A stretch of DNA of 64,000 nucleotides from positions 64,001 through 128,000 of IMG/VR virus record IMGVR_UViG_3300042691_012617; one strand, 5' to 3'. Below the pieces are notes generated by a model. That model was given only the letters and a program-made list of their open reading frames with translations, did no database searches and was not told the DNA's origin. The position numbers were made by a program, and so were the translations under genes. Origin of the DNA: a virus. Within the stretch, counting starts at the first letter, position 1, and every line of letters starts with the position of its first letter. This document shows positions 49,559 to 60,231 of the stretch, in pieces.

Positions 49559-50992
49559 TTAAGACCAACCCTTTATGGTTGGCTTCTCGCGCCCGTACCC
49601 GCCCGTGCGCCTGTGTGCGCCCCCGCCCCCGTGCGCGTGAGGGGCATCGTCTTCGTCTTGGTCATCGGCACCGTTGCCTTGAATCAACTGCTGTTGCGAT
49701 TCGTCCACATCAAACAACTTCATCTTGGCACGGTCGATCCCGATCACGAACTTGCGATTCGTGGCGACATCGTTGTAGCGGTTCTTCAACTGCTTGACCA
49801 TGACCTGTCCCAACTCGTCCAACTGTTCCGTGGCGATGAGGGCGAACATGAAGTCTGCGGTGGCGGGTAGACCAAAAGATTCCGATGTGTCAGTCAGTTC
49901 CACATCGGTATTGCCGAAGCCCGAACGATTGGTCTGTGTTGCGGTGAAGATCGGCACCCCAACCTCCACAGCCAAGCCGCGAAGTTCCTCTGCAATTGCC
50001 TTGACATAGGTGTACGAATTGACATTTCCGTTCGCCTTGAAGCGAGACGATGCACAAATGTTCAGGTAATCGATGAAGATAACATCGGGCTTGAAGTTCT
50101 TCTTCAGGCGCAGTTCATCCAACAAGTGACGGAAGTGATTGGCATTCGCAGATGCCGTGGGGTACTCCTTGATCAGAAGTTTGCCTGTGATGCCCATGGT
50201 CACCTTGGCAAGCCGCTTGGCATAGATCTCCATTGGCAACTTCTTGAGATCGTCTAATGTGATATCCATAAGGTTAGCATCGATTCGCTCTGCAATCCGC
50301 TCCTCTGCCATCTCACAGGTGATGTACAGGACATTCTTGCTCTGTGACAAGCAGTTAGCGGCATGGTGGCACATGAACAGGGACTTGCCCACGCCTGTAC
50401 CCGCGAGGATGACATTCAGAGTCTTGTCGGGCACACCGCCGTTGGTGATCTTATTGAAGTAGTCTAGGTCGAATGGTGTCTTCTTTTCTACGCGGTGGTA
50501 GAAGTCGTACCGCTTCTCGGCATCCTCAATGAAATCGTGACCGATGTGTTCATCGAACGACACGCTGAGTGCCTTGGTCAGGATCTCGGGGATGGCGTTC
50601 TTCGACCGACCCTTCGCCTTCTTCTCGTCAAGGAGTTCGATGGACTCCATCAGGGCGTTGTAGACCGCCTTGTCCTTGCAGAACTTCTCGGTCTGATCAA
50701 CAAGCCACTCCTCATCAGGCTCCTCGGTGCCTTTGTCCATCGTCTCTACCAACTTGACACACTCATCAAACTCACCCTGAGATAGACCGTCCTGTTGATT
50801 CAGGATGATCTTCAGGGCTTCGCGGGTGGGAGCGGTGGAGTACTTTTCGATGAACTCAGACACCGTGTTGAACAGCCGCTTCTCACAGGAGTCGTGAAAG
50901 TACTCCTGCTTGAGAAATGGTTGGACGCGGCGTGTGAACTCGGGTCTGTGAAGAAGACTGCGTAGGATGATGAGTTCAATCTTGTCGCTCAT
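49559..50992 (-). CDS. 41: Replicative DNA helicase gp41
   Basis: LAGTGVGKSL, EMAEERIAERIDAN, IDYLNIC, AEELRGLA, ATQTNR, SESFGLP, QLKNRY. Confidence 0.96.
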   Translation of the reverse strand: MSDKIELIILRSLLHRPEFTRRVQPFLKQEYFHDSCEKRLFNTVSEFIEKYSTAPTREALKIILNQQDGLSQGEFDECVKLVETMDKGTEEPDEEWLVDQTEKFCKDKAVYNALMESIELLDEKKAKGRSKNAIPEILTKALSVSFDEHIGHDFIEDAEKRYDFYHRVEKKTPFDLDYFNKITNGGVPDKTLNVILAGTGVGKSLFMCHHAANCLSQSKNVLYITCEMAEERIAERIDANLMDITLDDLKKLPMEIYAKRLAKVTMGITGKLLIKEYPTASANANHFRHLLDELRLKKNFKPDVIFIDYLNICASSRFKANGNVNSYTYVKAIAEELRGLAVEVGVPIFTATQTNRSGFGNTDVELTDTSESFGLPATADFMFALIATEQLDELGQVMVKQLKNRYNDVATNRKFVIGIDRAKMKLFDVDESQQQLIQGNGADDQDEDDAPHAHGGGGAHRRTGGYGREKPTIKGWS

Positions 50993-51004
50993 ATGTTAAT
51001 GCAG

Positions 51005-51032
51005 ATCATAACATACCTTCTTCAGAAGGCAA
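51005..51032 (-). promoter_or_regulatory. sigma70-type promoter for gp41
   Basis: TTGCCT-16 nt-TATGAT with extended -10 TG. Confidence 0.5.
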
Positions 51033-51038
51033 TAGAAA

Positions 51039-51668
51039 TCATTTCTGAAGAACAAAGATTCCACACCCATTCCACCAACCACTTGAATCGTCTGAGCCGT
51101 AAAACTCTTGCTTATGAAGCGTTTTAAGTTTTAGTTCGTTTATGGCACGATATGTTCCATTTTGAACTTTAGACCATGACCAATCATCAACCATGAAGAT
51201 GAAGGTTTCTGCCATCGAATCGTAGTAATGTTGAAGTGCGCGGTACTGATTGATCTCTTGATGCTCACCATCGTAGAAGTAAACATCAATATTTGAGATG
51301 CCTCTTTCTATTGGATTGAATGAGAAGCAATCCTGATCGATCAAGTTTGGCTCTCCTCCGATCAATCGCTTCCAATTATCAACAAACTCTTGACGAGGTC
51401 CACCAAATTCAGAGAAGTCATCGATAACTGTGTAGTTGAGTCTGCTGTGGTTTCCACGGAGGGCTGCAATTGCAGTAGATCCCTTCCACACCCCAATCTC
51501 CAAGTAGTTCTTTACGATTTCCTTAGAAAGCAGTCTGTTTGCAAACCTCTTGTATTTCGCTCCCGAAAATCCCTGAATAGAAAGGATATCGTCAGTTACA
51601 TTTGACGGCTGCGTGTCATCTAGAGACTCTTGTAGGGAAGTAATGAGTTGTTCTACTCTGTTTGTCAT
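51039..51668 (-). CDS. Class I SAM-dependent methyltransferase
   Basis: YLEIGVWKGST, YFYDGEH, FMVDDW. Confidence 0.85.
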   Translation of the reverse strand: MTNRVEQLITSLQESLDDTQPSNVTDDILSIQGFSGAKYKRFANRLLSKEIVKNYLEIGVWKGSTAIAALRGNHSRLNYTVIDDFSEFGGPRQEFVDNWKRLIGGEPNLIDQDCFSFNPIERGISNIDVYFYDGEHQEINQYRALQHYYDSMAETFIFMVDDWSWSKVQNGTYRAINELKLKTLHKQEFYGSDDSSGWWNGCGIFVLQK

Positions 51669-52594
51669 TGTGTTGCCTCTGTTGTACGAATGTTCTCACC
51701 TAGCCATGCCATGAGTTTTACCTTTGGTGTCCAATCAAGAAGTTCCCGTGCTTTTGTATTGTTGCAAAGAGTATGTCGGGCTTCACCTTGTCTAGGAGGA
51801 AGGAATTTGATCGTACCATCCTCTCCTGCAATGGTTCTAGCGATATGAATTACAGAATGAGATTGTCCTGTTCCGATGTTGATGATTCCACCATTGAAGA
51901 ATTTGGTAGAGGTTCCTGCTAGTATGTTTGCTGACACAATATCGGACACATGTATGTAATCCCGTGTTTGCATCCCATCTCCAACAACTGTAAGAGGCTT
52001 ACCCTCTTCCTTCTGCCGCTTGAAGACAGCGACCACGGGACAGTACTGCCCCTTGTTTGACTGCCCCTCCCCGTACACATTGAAGTATCGAAGACAAACA
52101 GTATCCATGAACCGTGGCTCGGCATACAGTTTGCACAGTTGCTCACACATCAACTTGCTTGTTGCGTAGATGTTCAGACAATCGACAGGCTCGTTTTCGT
52201 CCTGTCCACCGCCATAGCCACCCTTACCGCCGTTACCATAAATTGCGGATGTGGAAGAGAAGACAAATCGATTGACTCCACCCTTCTTTGCACAGTCCAA
52301 GATATTGAATGTCCCTGTGACATTCGATGCAAATGTCTTGGCGGGATCAGCAATGCAACGCTGAATGCTAACCTCCGCTGCCATGTGAAACACAGTATCA
52401 ACTCCCTCAAAATCCGAAGGGACTAGGTCATTGATGTCTGAATTGATGTTGATGGCACGATCATTCCACTTGAAAGATTCATGCCCTTCCGAACTTTCGT
52501 TGTCCACACAGATGACTGTGTGTCCTTGTTCGATGAGTGTGTTGACTAGGTGTGAGCCGATGAAGCCCGCACCGCCAGTAACCATGTATTTCAT
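51665..52594 (-). CDS. NAD-dependent nucleotide-sugar epimerase/dehydratase (SDR)
   Basis: TGGAGFIGSH, SSTSAIYG, YATSK, LRYFNVYG, GDG.QTRDY. Confidence 0.92.
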   Translation of the reverse strand: MKYMVTGGAGFIGSHLVNTLIEQGHTVICVDNESSEGHESFKWNDRAININSDINDLVPSDFEGVDTVFHMAAEVSIQRCIADPAKTFASNVTGTFNILDCAKKGGVNRFVFSSTSAIYGNGGKGGYGGGQDENEPVDCLNIYATSKLMCEQLCKLYAEPRFMDTVCLRYFNVYGEGQSNKGQYCPVVAVFKRQKEEGKPLTVVGDGMQTRDYIHVSDIVSANILAGTSTKFFNGGIINIGTGQSHSVIHIARTIAGEDGTIKFLPPRQGEARHTLCNNTKARELLDWTPKVKLMAWLGENIRTTEATQ

Positions 52595-52604
52595 TGTGCA
52601 TACC

Positions 52605-53522
52605 TCATGATGTAAATTTCTTCAATTGCTTGCTGTGGATATGTAGGCTGAGAATTTTGGCTCTATCTCCCGTTCTGCGATCTACCACGGAGAAATACCG
52701 TTTTCCTTGCTTGTCCCGCATCTCCTCGAATCCCCACTTTTTCGTTGCCAACATTCTTCCAATGTAATGATGACCAAAGATAGTGCCAGGTGGATTTCCA
52801 TTGTTACATCCACCAAAGAACTGACCGATGCTGATCGGATCAAAGATGCCTCCGATGAAAGACCAAAACTTTGAGAAGTCGCCTTCGACCCAAACGGGAA
52901 GAGTATTCACATACACATCTCCCAACTCTCTCTGAACACGCTTCCACAAGTACATGTCATACGCTGCTTGTGGATTGTCCTTCTCGTTCATCATCTCCCA
53001 AAACTTGTCATTGATGTCCATCAAAGACCTGTAATCCTTGATGTACACCATTCCAAAGATCAGGGCATTTTCATGCTCGGCAGTCATGGCGGTTCTGTTG
53101 TACAGACGCTTCACTTTTTCGGCTACCTCATCCATATTACAATAGATCATGACATCGTTGTCGAACGAGAATGTGTTCTTCAAGTTGTGCTTTTTCATGA
53201 CCTCTTCAATATAGAAGGGGCGCATCAAGCAAGCCTTCCAAAGAGGATCCCGATCTCCTGCCCAATGCCCCGTCGAGTCAACATCATACCTAGGCTTCAG
53301 ATCAGAGATTTTTTCCCACTTGACATTCAGCCGTTCGAAGTTTTCTTTGTTGGAAACATTCTCATCGTCCAAGATAACGACGATATCGCTGTTAGGCGAC
53401 CACTTTCTCGCTTGCTCTAGAGATGTCCAAATGTGGTTTTCCCACGGATCGTAGTGGGTGTTCGTCTTGGGATCGTATGACTTGTTTCCCATTTGAAAAA
53501 TGACAATAGATGATTCTGACAT
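52605..53522 (-). CDS. Putative glycosyltransferase-like protein
   Basis: FDNDVMIY DxD-like motif, IFDP.SIGQ, LHIHSK; glyco-island context. Confidence 0.55.
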   Translation of the reverse strand: MSESSIVIFQMGNKSYDPKTNTHYDPWENHIWTSLEQARKWSPNSDIVVILDDENVSNKENFERLNVKWEKISDLKPRYDVDSTGHWAGDRDPLWKACLMRPFYIEEVMKKHNLKNTFSFDNDVMIYCNMDEVAEKVKRLYNRTAMTAEHENALIFGMVYIKDYRSLMDINDKFWEMMNEKDNPQAAYDMYLWKRVQRELGDVYVNTLPVWVEGDFSKFWSFIGGIFDPISIGQFFGGCNNGNPPGTIFGHHYIGRMLATKKWGFEEMRDKQGKRYFSVVDRRTGDRAKILSLHIHSKQLKKFTS

Positions 53523-53534
53523 GATGATTACCTT

Positions 53535-54245
53535 TCAGGATGGATTTCTTGTGTGAATGATGCAGGGGTCTACTGGATTGCTGTATTGAGTTATGTCCTT
53601 TTCCGAGTAGACAAATGTGTTGTGCTTCCATGAGAGCAGGCTCATGATGCTTTGGTCGTGTCTGTGATCCTTGAACTCTTCGTAGTTGGGCAACCGCTGT
53701 GTGTTGGGCAAGTCTGTGAGAATCCTAGGATCTTTCGCGTACTCCAACCACTCCTTGACAAAGGACATGCTGCCCTCCGTCTTCTTGCATACGAAGATGC
53801 TAGCCATTCGCTGATCTGCTCTTCGCATTTCCTCTGTGTCCATGCCCATCAGGACAAAGCAGTCTCGTTTTGTGAACATGCCGTTGGTCCCACACCAACC
53901 GAATGTGAGGATGCCCATGCTGCCGATGCGATCTTCTATAGCATCTATGTCAAGCCATTTCCATGGATTACTTTGGAAGTACATTCCTGCGTCCGTGTAC
54001 ATGAGCCAATCGTTGGTGTTCATTTGCTCCAAGTGACGGAGAATCAGGTATGGCTTCCAAAGCCAGTATCCCGCACCTCTTGTCTGAGAAAGCGTATACG
54101 CATTCTCTTCTCTGAAGCGATCATCCAAGTCTTCAAGACCATATCCGATGCTCTTGTCGAATCCACCGTGAGATAGTGCGGTATCGCAACACAGTTTCTG
54201 TGATGCTTTGTATCTACCGTGGGCGTAGTTGATGTGAATTTTCAT
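53535..54245 (-). CDS. Putative glycosyltransferase-like protein
   Basis: RGAGYWLWKPYLI, YTDAG, HRHDQSI.S motifs. Confidence 0.6.
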   Translation of the reverse strand: MKIHINYAHGRYKASQKLCCDTALSHGGFDKSIGYGLEDLDDRFREENAYTLSQTRGAGYWLWKPYLILRHLEQMNTNDWLMYTDAGMYFQSNPWKWLDIDAIEDRIGSMGILTFGWCGTNGMFTKRDCFVLMGMDTEEMRRADQRMASIFVCKKTEGSMSFVKEWLEYAKDPRILTDLPNTQRLPNYEEFKDHRHDQSIMSLLSWKHNTFVYSEKDITQYSNPVDPCIIHTRNPS

Positions 54246-55591
54246 GCAGTTGCAGAAAGATTATTAAAGAACTGATCCACAATCTTGGAGATGTATGAAA
54301 TCTGTTCCTCTGTGATAACGGGGCTTGTCCCCAAGAAGAAGGTGTCTTTGGTCACCTTGGTTGCCACGGGGAAGTCATTCTTGGCATCCATATCAACTGC
54401 TAGATGCTCATATCCAGGCTGTAGCAGAATGTTGCCACCGAAATAGTTCCTTGTTTGAATCTTGTTGTCTTCCAAGAACATCGTGAGATCGGTTCTCTTG
54501 AAGGGTGCCCCATCTCTGATTGTAAGTGGAAATGCAAACCAAGCAGGATCGGCCTTTGGTGTGGGGATCGGCAAGTGGAAGTACTGCCCGTACTTGGAGA
54601 ACACATTCAAGAGCAGGGAGTAGTTTCGCTTTCTGATGTCGATGATGTTGTCCAACCGATCAAGTTGAACAAGTCCCATCGCTGCTTGCAGATCAAGAGG
54701 CTTTAGGTTGTAGCCAATCTCCTCATAGACATACTTGTGATCGAAGATCTCATCAGGCATGCTTGGAAGCCAGTTGCTGAACCGCTTCTTGCACATACCG
54801 TTCTTAAGACAGGACGCAGCCTTGCCCGAGCAATAACAGCCTCGCCCCCACTCCCTCAGACTCTTGATCAGCATTTCCTGCTCTTTAGTTCTAGTGGCAA
54901 TGAAACCACCTTCGCCCATCGTTATGTGGTGGGCAGGATAGAATGAACAACTAGCCATCTCACCGAACGAGCCTAGCATCTTGCCATCGTAGGTGCTTCC
55001 CAAGGCATCGCAGCAGTCCTCAATCAAGATGAGGTCATACTTTTTCACGATGTCCATCACGGCATCCATGTTGGGAGGATTGCCTAGGACATGTGCAAAC
55101 ATCAATGCCCGTGCCCCGTTCTTGGCGGCTTCCTCCAACTTGACCACATCCAAATTCAGAGTATCGACTTCAATGTCGATGAATACTGGCGTGAATCCGT
55201 TCTGAATGATGGGGTTCACAGTAGTCGGAAATCCTGCAACAGGGGTGATGATCTTGGACCCCTTCGGAAGATTCCAAATCTTCCGCGATGTGAGAGCAGA
55301 CACCATCAGGAGGTTTGCGCTAGAACCGCTGTTTGTGAGACAGCCGTGATCCTTTCCAAGCCGCTTGGGGAACTTGTTTTCAAACCTAGTACCGTTCTCT
55401 CCTAGGCAGAGCCAACCACCCAAGAGGCATTCAATGACTGCGATGTACTCCTTCTCGTCCATGAACGAGCCTGAATACTGCACCCAATCAGTTCCTTCCT
55501 GCCAAGTCTTTTTCTTGGAAGAAACAATTTCGGTGACCAGTTTGTTGATCAACTGCTGCTTGTCTTCAAGACGAATGTTTAGTTCCACCAC
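54242..55591 (-). CDS. rfbH: NDP-4-keto-6-deoxyglucose 3-dehydrase (RfbH/DdhC, DegT family)
   Basis: NSGSSANLL, FPTTVNPI, HVLGNP, EDCCDALG, SFYPAHHITMGEGG (His at the aminotransferase Lys site), WGRGCYC..C..C Cys cluster, DHKYVY..GYNLK. Confidence 0.88.
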   Translation of the reverse strand: MVELNIRLEDKQQLINKLVTEIVSSKKKTWQEGTDWVQYSGSFMDEKEYIAVIECLLGGWLCLGENGTRFENKFPKRLGKDHGCLTNSGSSANLLMVSALTSRKIWNLPKGSKIITPVAGFPTTVNPIIQNGFTPVFIDIEVDTLNLDVVKLEEAAKNGARALMFAHVLGNPPNMDAVMDIVKKYDLILIEDCCDALGSTYDGKMLGSFGEMASCSFYPAHHITMGEGGFIATRTKEQEMLIKSLREWGRGCYCSGKAASCLKNGMCKKRFSNWLPSMPDEIFDHKYVYEEIGYNLKPLDLQAAMGLVQLDRLDNIIDIRKRNYSLLLNVFSKYGQYFHLPIPTPKADPAWFAFPLTIRDGAPFKRTDLTMFLEDNKIQTRNYFGGNILLQPGYEHLAVDMDAKNDFPVATKVTKDTFFLGTSPVITEEQISYISKIVDQFFNNLSATA

Positions 55592-56472
55592 TTGTAGATA
55601 CCTCTTGCTTGCTTTGGTGTCCAACCTATGTTGCGAATTTTACTGGTGTTCAGCGAGTAGCGCAAGTCTTGTCCCCACCGATTCGGAACAAATTGTATCT
55701 CGTCTCTTGTTTTTCCAAAGACATTCAAAAGCGTTTCAACCACCTCAAGATTGGTCATGTGGTTGTCTGCACCGATATTGAAGGTATCGTTCTTGACACC
55801 GTTCGCAATCAGGGTGTAGATTCCATCTGCATTGTCCTTCACATAAATCCAATCTCGCACATAGGAACCGTCTCCGTGGAGAGGAATCTTCTTTCCAGTT
55901 TCAAGGCAGCGAATCGACTTGGGGATCAACTTTTCATAATATTGCCGCTGACCATAGTTGTTCGAACTGCGGGTAATCAGGTAGTTGATTCCGTAGGTGC
56001 GATGATAGGAAAGAACAAGCATTTCCGCTGCTGCCTTGGACGCGGAATACGGGTTGCTAGGAGTCAGTTTGTCAGACTCGCTGAAAGACCCATTTGGTCT
56101 ATCTCCATAAACCTCATCTGTGCTGATCTGTACAAATAGAGGTCTCTCATGTGGTGGCTTGCCACGGATGATCTCAAGTAGATTGTGAACCCCAATGATG
56201 TTGCTTCTGATGAAGGGGTTTGTATCGTTGATTGAGTTGTCAACATGAGTTTCGGCAGCAAAGTTGACAAGAACATCACAAGAAGGGAGATGCTTTATCT
56301 CGCAGATATCTGCCTTGTGGTGCTTGTAGTTTGGATTGCCATCGAAAGGCAGTTCCTCATTTGAGCAGTAGGTCATGCAGTCGAAATCAACGACCTTATG
56401 CCCCTCTGCAAGAGCCTTTTCGACAAAGTGACTACCAATAAAGCCACGCCCGCCTGTCACAACTAGTTCCAT
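55579..56472 (-). CDS. rfbB: dTDP-glucose 4,6-dehydratase-like SDR
   Basis: TGGRGFIGS, FAAETHVD.SI, ISTDEVYG, PYSASKA, SNNYG..Q..EKLIP, RDWIYV.D. Confidence 0.9.
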   Translation of the reverse strand: MELVVTGGRGFIGSHFVEKALAEGHKVVDFDCMTYCSNEELPFDGNPNYKHHKADICEIKHLPSCDVLVNFAAETHVDNSINDTNPFIRSNIIGVHNLLEIIRGKPPHERPLFVQISTDEVYGDRPNGSFSESDKLTPSNPYSASKAAAEMLVLSYHRTYGINYLITRSSNNYGQRQYYEKLIPKSIRCLETGKKIPLHGDGSYVRDWIYVKDNADGIYTLIANGVKNDTFNIGADNHMTNLEVVETLLNVFGKTRDEIQFVPNRWGQDLRYSLNTSKIRNIGWTPKQARGIYKWWN

Positions 56473-56489
56473 GATAAACCTTTCAGATG

Positions 56490-57317
56490 TCAAATGCCTA
56501 GAATTTTGTCAACCGCTTGCATCGTATTTATGGATGGTCTGTATCCATAGGATCGAAGTTTGTCGTTGTTGAGACAAACATCTTTCACCTGTACAACCCG
56601 ATGAAAATGCGGAGTTTCAATCGACACCAACTCCGATGATGAGTTCAGTTTGTCCTTGCTATATCGTATGATGTCGCCAATCTTGCTTGGCTCAGAGTTG
56701 CTTATGTTTATGATCTCGCCCACGGGGGCGCGAGTCACGGATGTGTTGATAGCCCTACATGCATCTTCAACATCCATGAAATCTCTGATGTTGGAACCCC
56801 CGTCATAGAGTTTAACTGGCTCGTCTGCTCTCAAGAGGTTGATCATGTTTTGCAGAGCGTTCTTCTTGGGGGAAACACCCCTATCACCGCTGCCAATGAT
56901 GTTGGTTAAGCGAAGTATTCGGTACTTCATCCCCATCGTTTCACAGTAGCAAATCAGCATCTGCTCTGCCGCTCTTTTTGTGATGGAATAGAATCCTCTA
57001 GGATCGCAGGGATCAGATTCCTTTGTGTCTAGAGTGCAGTTCATCCCATATACAAACCAAGAACTCACAAAATTGAAAGTGGCAGTTGGATACTTCTTTC
57101 GTGAAGATTCCAACACATCAATCAACTTGCTGAGATTGGTGTCGATGTCCTTGTGCGGTTCTGTAAAGATGTGATAGTTGTGAGTCGTACTGATGAAGTA
57201 CAAAATGCTGTCGGACAGCGGCTCGTCTTGATCCCGAGGAACCAACACAGTATCACCGCCATACATCTTCGCGTATGTTCCACCAACAAATCCTGTGCCA
57301 CCATATACAGAGATCAT
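56490..57317 (-). CDS. NAD-dependent nucleotide-sugar epimerase/reductase (SDR)
   Basis: GGTGFVG, SSWFVYG, YSITK, RDFMDV.D. Confidence 0.85.
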   Translation of the reverse strand: MISVYGGTGFVGGTYAKMYGGDTVLVPRDQDEPLSDSILYFISTTHNYHIFTEPHKDIDTNLSKLIDVLESSRKKYPTATFNFVSSWFVYGMNCTLDTKESDPCDPRGFYSITKRAAEQMLICYCETMGMKYRILRLTNIIGSGDRGVSPKKNALQNMINLLRADEPVKLYDGGSNIRDFMDVEDACRAINTSVTRAPVGEIINISNSEPSKIGDIIRYSKDKLNSSSELVSIETPHFHRVVQVKDVCLNNDKLRSYGYRPSINTMQAVDKILGI

Positions 57318-57321
57318 GATG

Positions 57322-58206
57322 TTAGGCCCCAATCTTCATCTGTTCAATCCACCAAGAAGACTTCAACATATTCATATTCCATGTTGTCTTACTGAACTCT
57401 TCGTATGTCTTGTTTAGAAGGTCTTCAGTCACATCTTGGTACGAATTTACGAACAGAATCGGTAGATTTCTCTCTAGCGAGGAGTGAACATGATTCCTCT
57501 GAACAATAGGAATCACACCACAATAAAGAGACTCCCACATTCGATGTGTATCAACTCCATTACCACGCGGGCAAAGCATGAACTTGTGATCAAGAAGTTC
57601 TTCTTTGTATGACCCCAATTGACCACCCTCTACGGGCTGACGAACAGTAGCCCACGGCTTGTCCGAGAACATTGGATACAGAGGCTCACGAACATCAGGT
57701 CGAGTCCATGTACGATGGTTCACATAAAGAAGACGGTTGCCTTTTGTTTTGGCAGCATCAAGCCCCCTCTTAGCGGTTAGACCCAACACACAGAAGTCAT
57801 CCGCGATTCCTAGGGGGACACCGTGTGCCCTACTGCACTCATTATTACATCCCCACCATGTGACTGAAAGTTTTGACTGCATCGCGTCAAAGATAGAGTC
57901 GGTGATTGCGTAATCACTTTGTCCCGTCAGTAGAATGAAAGGAGTGCTACATCTGTTGTTGTTCAGGTACGCAACTAGATGTCGCAAGTAGTCGAACTTA
58001 CAGTAGACTACGGATTTTGGAGTTAGGGCAGCAAAGTTAAACAGATTGATATAATCGCCGTGATGATTGCTTCTACGGGCAACTTGCTGTGCTGTTGGGG
58101 GAATTCGATATGCGCCATCCAATGCAGATATGGCAAACCAAAAATCACATTTGGATATTAGGTTTTGAGAACTTAGTACCTCTGTTGGCTCAATTTGCAG
58201 ATTCAT
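57322..58206 (-). CDS. Exostosin/GT47-like glycosyltransferase
   Basis: KFMLCPRGNGVDTHRMWESLYCGVIPIV. Confidence 0.75.
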   Translation of the reverse strand: MNLQIEPTEVLSSQNLISKCDFWFAISALDGAYRIPPTAQQVARRSNHHGDYINLFNFAALTPKSVVYCKFDYLRHLVAYLNNNRCSTPFILLTGQSDYAITDSIFDAMQSKLSVTWWGCNNECSRAHGVPLGIADDFCVLGLTAKRGLDAAKTKGNRLLYVNHRTWTRPDVREPLYPMFSDKPWATVRQPVEGGQLGSYKEELLDHKFMLCPRGNGVDTHRMWESLYCGVIPIVQRNHVHSSLERNLPILFVNSYQDVTEDLLNKTYEEFSKTTWNMNMLKSSWWIEQMKIGA

Positions 58207-59009
58207 AGTTCGTGTCGATTCTCCCTGAACCATGTCTCCCCTGGGTACATGTGAGGAGTTTCCATGCCCGTTCTAGTCTTGAAGGGCGTAGCCATGCAGC
58301 CACATGCTTTGTTAGTTCCTGTCGGATCCTCTTCCATCTTCATCCCAAACATGAAGTGAGTATTGTAAGCGGTGTACTTACTGTTTGGCTTGGTCTTGGT
58401 GTTCTTTCCAGGCAAGCACTTTTCGTCGCAGTTGTAGAGCAGATTTGGTGTGAGATAGTTTCGCATGTGGCGACCAAAACGATTCTCAAATCGCCACATC
58501 CAATCGCCATCCTCCTCACCAAAGCCAATCAGTCTCTCGTCAAAGTATCCAACTCTTGATGGATCCGTCATGTCCTTTCGATACACACAGAAATGACCCC
58601 AATGGTAGTTGATTCGGAAGGACTCGTCGCTCTGAGTCCGATTTTCAACAAGCATCTTCTCAAAGTCATCGAAGAACCCATCCTTGAAAATGGTGTCATC
58701 GCTGAGGATCAGGGTGTAGTCATGGCTTGTGAAGTTCACGGAGGTGTTCCACATGAAAGAACAACCACGCATAAATGGCGACATCACAAGGTAGGTGTTT
58801 GGGAAGTTGGAGGCATAGTTAAGCATGCCCCTTCGATAGTCTTCACTAAACGGCTCGTTGTTTTGACCGTTAACAAAGATCACCTTCTCAACGCTCGGTC
58901 TCTGACGGTGAAGGTTCGCAAGAAGAACCTTGAAGTACGAATCGAATCTATAGACATATGTCTGAACTGCGATGCTGTAAGTTGGTTTTTCCATGTTGTA
59001 GTCTTTCAA
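58203..59009 (-). CDS. GT2-like glycosyltransferase
   Basis: MWN..V, LILSDD, GYFDER..GFGEEDGD. Confidence 0.75.
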   Translation of the reverse strand: MKDYNMEKPTYSIAVQTYVYRFDSYFKVLLANLHRQRPSVEKVIFVNGQNNEPFSEDYRRGMLNYASNFPNTYLVMSPFMRGCSFMWNTSVNFTSHDYTLILSDDTIFKDGFFDDFEKMLVENRTQSDESFRINYHWGHFCVYRKDMTDPSRVGYFDERLIGFGEEDGDWMWRFENRFGRHMRNYLTPNLLYNCDEKCLPGKNTKTKPNSKYTAYNTHFMFGMKMEEDPTGTNKACGCMATPFKTRTGMETPHMYPGETWFRENRHEL

Positions 59010-59653
59010 ATCTTAACTCGTTGAATTTGATCGTGTGGGATCGGCTGAAATGGTGCTTGCGAAACAGTCGAAGACCATTGATACTTGCACATCACCTTGT
59101 CGATTACCAATTCTGTCTTCGCTTTTGAGATTGCGTCCATGACAAAGATGGTGTCCTCTTGAGTGTTTGAATCGCCAAAAGGAATGTTTCTTGCAAACGC
59201 AGTCTTCCATGCACACCAATGCCAAGGCGGTCGATTACAAGGAATGGGATTGCCGCGATCATCTGTGGCTAGTTGATCGAAAGGAAACTTACAGTTGTGC
59301 TTGAGACTTGTGCGGATAGTCCACGACTTGCCATCGATGTTTGCATCTTGGTTATAGCAAATGACATCCACATCCAAATCGTTGATAATAGCCTTCCGCA
59401 TGGTTTCAACGAAGTCAGGGGTCACATCGTCATCATCATCAATGATGCATGTGTACTTGCCTTGAGCGATGTGAAACAGGCACGACCTCTTTCTGCCAAT
59501 GCTCATGACCCTGTTGTCCATGATAGTCAGCACTTCAATGTCCTTCTGATCACCGATCTGTGACAGAAGCCTAGCATAAAGAGGCTCCAAATGCATTCGT
59601 GTTCTGTTCGGAAGGCTCGGAATACCGATTGTAAGTTTGATGTTCTTGTTCAT
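59006..59653 (-). CDS. GT2-like glycosyltransferase
   Basis: LTIGIPSL..R, SIGRKR, A.GKY..IIDDDD, QED. Confidence 0.8.
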   Translation of the reverse strand: MNKNIKLTIGIPSLPNRTRMHLEPLYARLLSQIGDQKDIEVLTIMDNRVMSIGRKRSCLFHIAQGKYTCIIDDDDDVTPDFVETMRKAIINDLDVDVICYNQDANIDGKSWTIRTSLKHNCKFPFDQLATDDRGNPIPCNRPPWHWCAWKTAFARNIPFGDSNTQEDTIFVMDAISKAKTELVIDKVMCKYQWSSTVSQAPFQPIPHDQIQRVKI

Positions 59654-60231
59654 CGTGCCACCTGATGGTTGTGCGTCTCTTCGAAAGTCTTGCTGCACTT
59701 GTAGTTGTAGATCACTCCCTCAATCCACTCCTCTTTCTTGAGGTAATGGCGAATACCCATGCTGAACGAACGGTCCTCCCCGCTGTTCCATGGTGGAAAC
59801 CCAACCTGTACAGCAATTGCCCTACGAACAGCATTGAGGTGGTTCGGGGGTCGATAGTACACCTTGCCCTCATGATCATCAATCCATTGAGTATAGCGAA
59901 GCGAGTGAATGAACGGTCGGCTATAACCATCTGAGAAGACGATCTCGCCCGTGAGGGACGAGCAGTCGGGGTTCTTCGTCAGAGCATTCAGAACCTTTTC
60001 GATATAGTCGGGGCTGACCGTGTCATCGTCATCAACAAAGGCAACATACTCGCCTGTTGATTGGGTGAGCAGCATGTTGCGCTTCTGCCCGATGCTCATC
60101 TGCCTGTTGTCAGACAGGGACAGCACTTCGACATTTCGCTTGCCGATCTGATTTGCCAGTTCGGCTTTCAGTTGCTCAAGTTTGGGCTTCCGCTCCTCTA
60201 GGCTAGGAATCAGAATAGAAAGTTTATGCAT
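59650..60231 (-). CDS. GT2-like glycosyltransferase (paralog of adjacent gene)
   Basis: LSILIPSL..R, SIGQKRN, GEYVAFVDDDD, GED. Confidence 0.85.
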   Translation of the reverse strand: MHKLSILIPSLEERKPKLEQLKAELANQIGKRNVEVLSLSDNRQMSIGQKRNMLLTQSTGEYVAFVDDDDTVSPDYIEKVLNALTKNPDCSSLTGEIVFSDGYSRPFIHSLRYTQWIDDHEGKVYYRPPNHLNAVRRAIAVQVGFPPWNSGEDRSFSMGIRHYLKKEEWIEGVIYNYKCSKTFEETHNHQVAR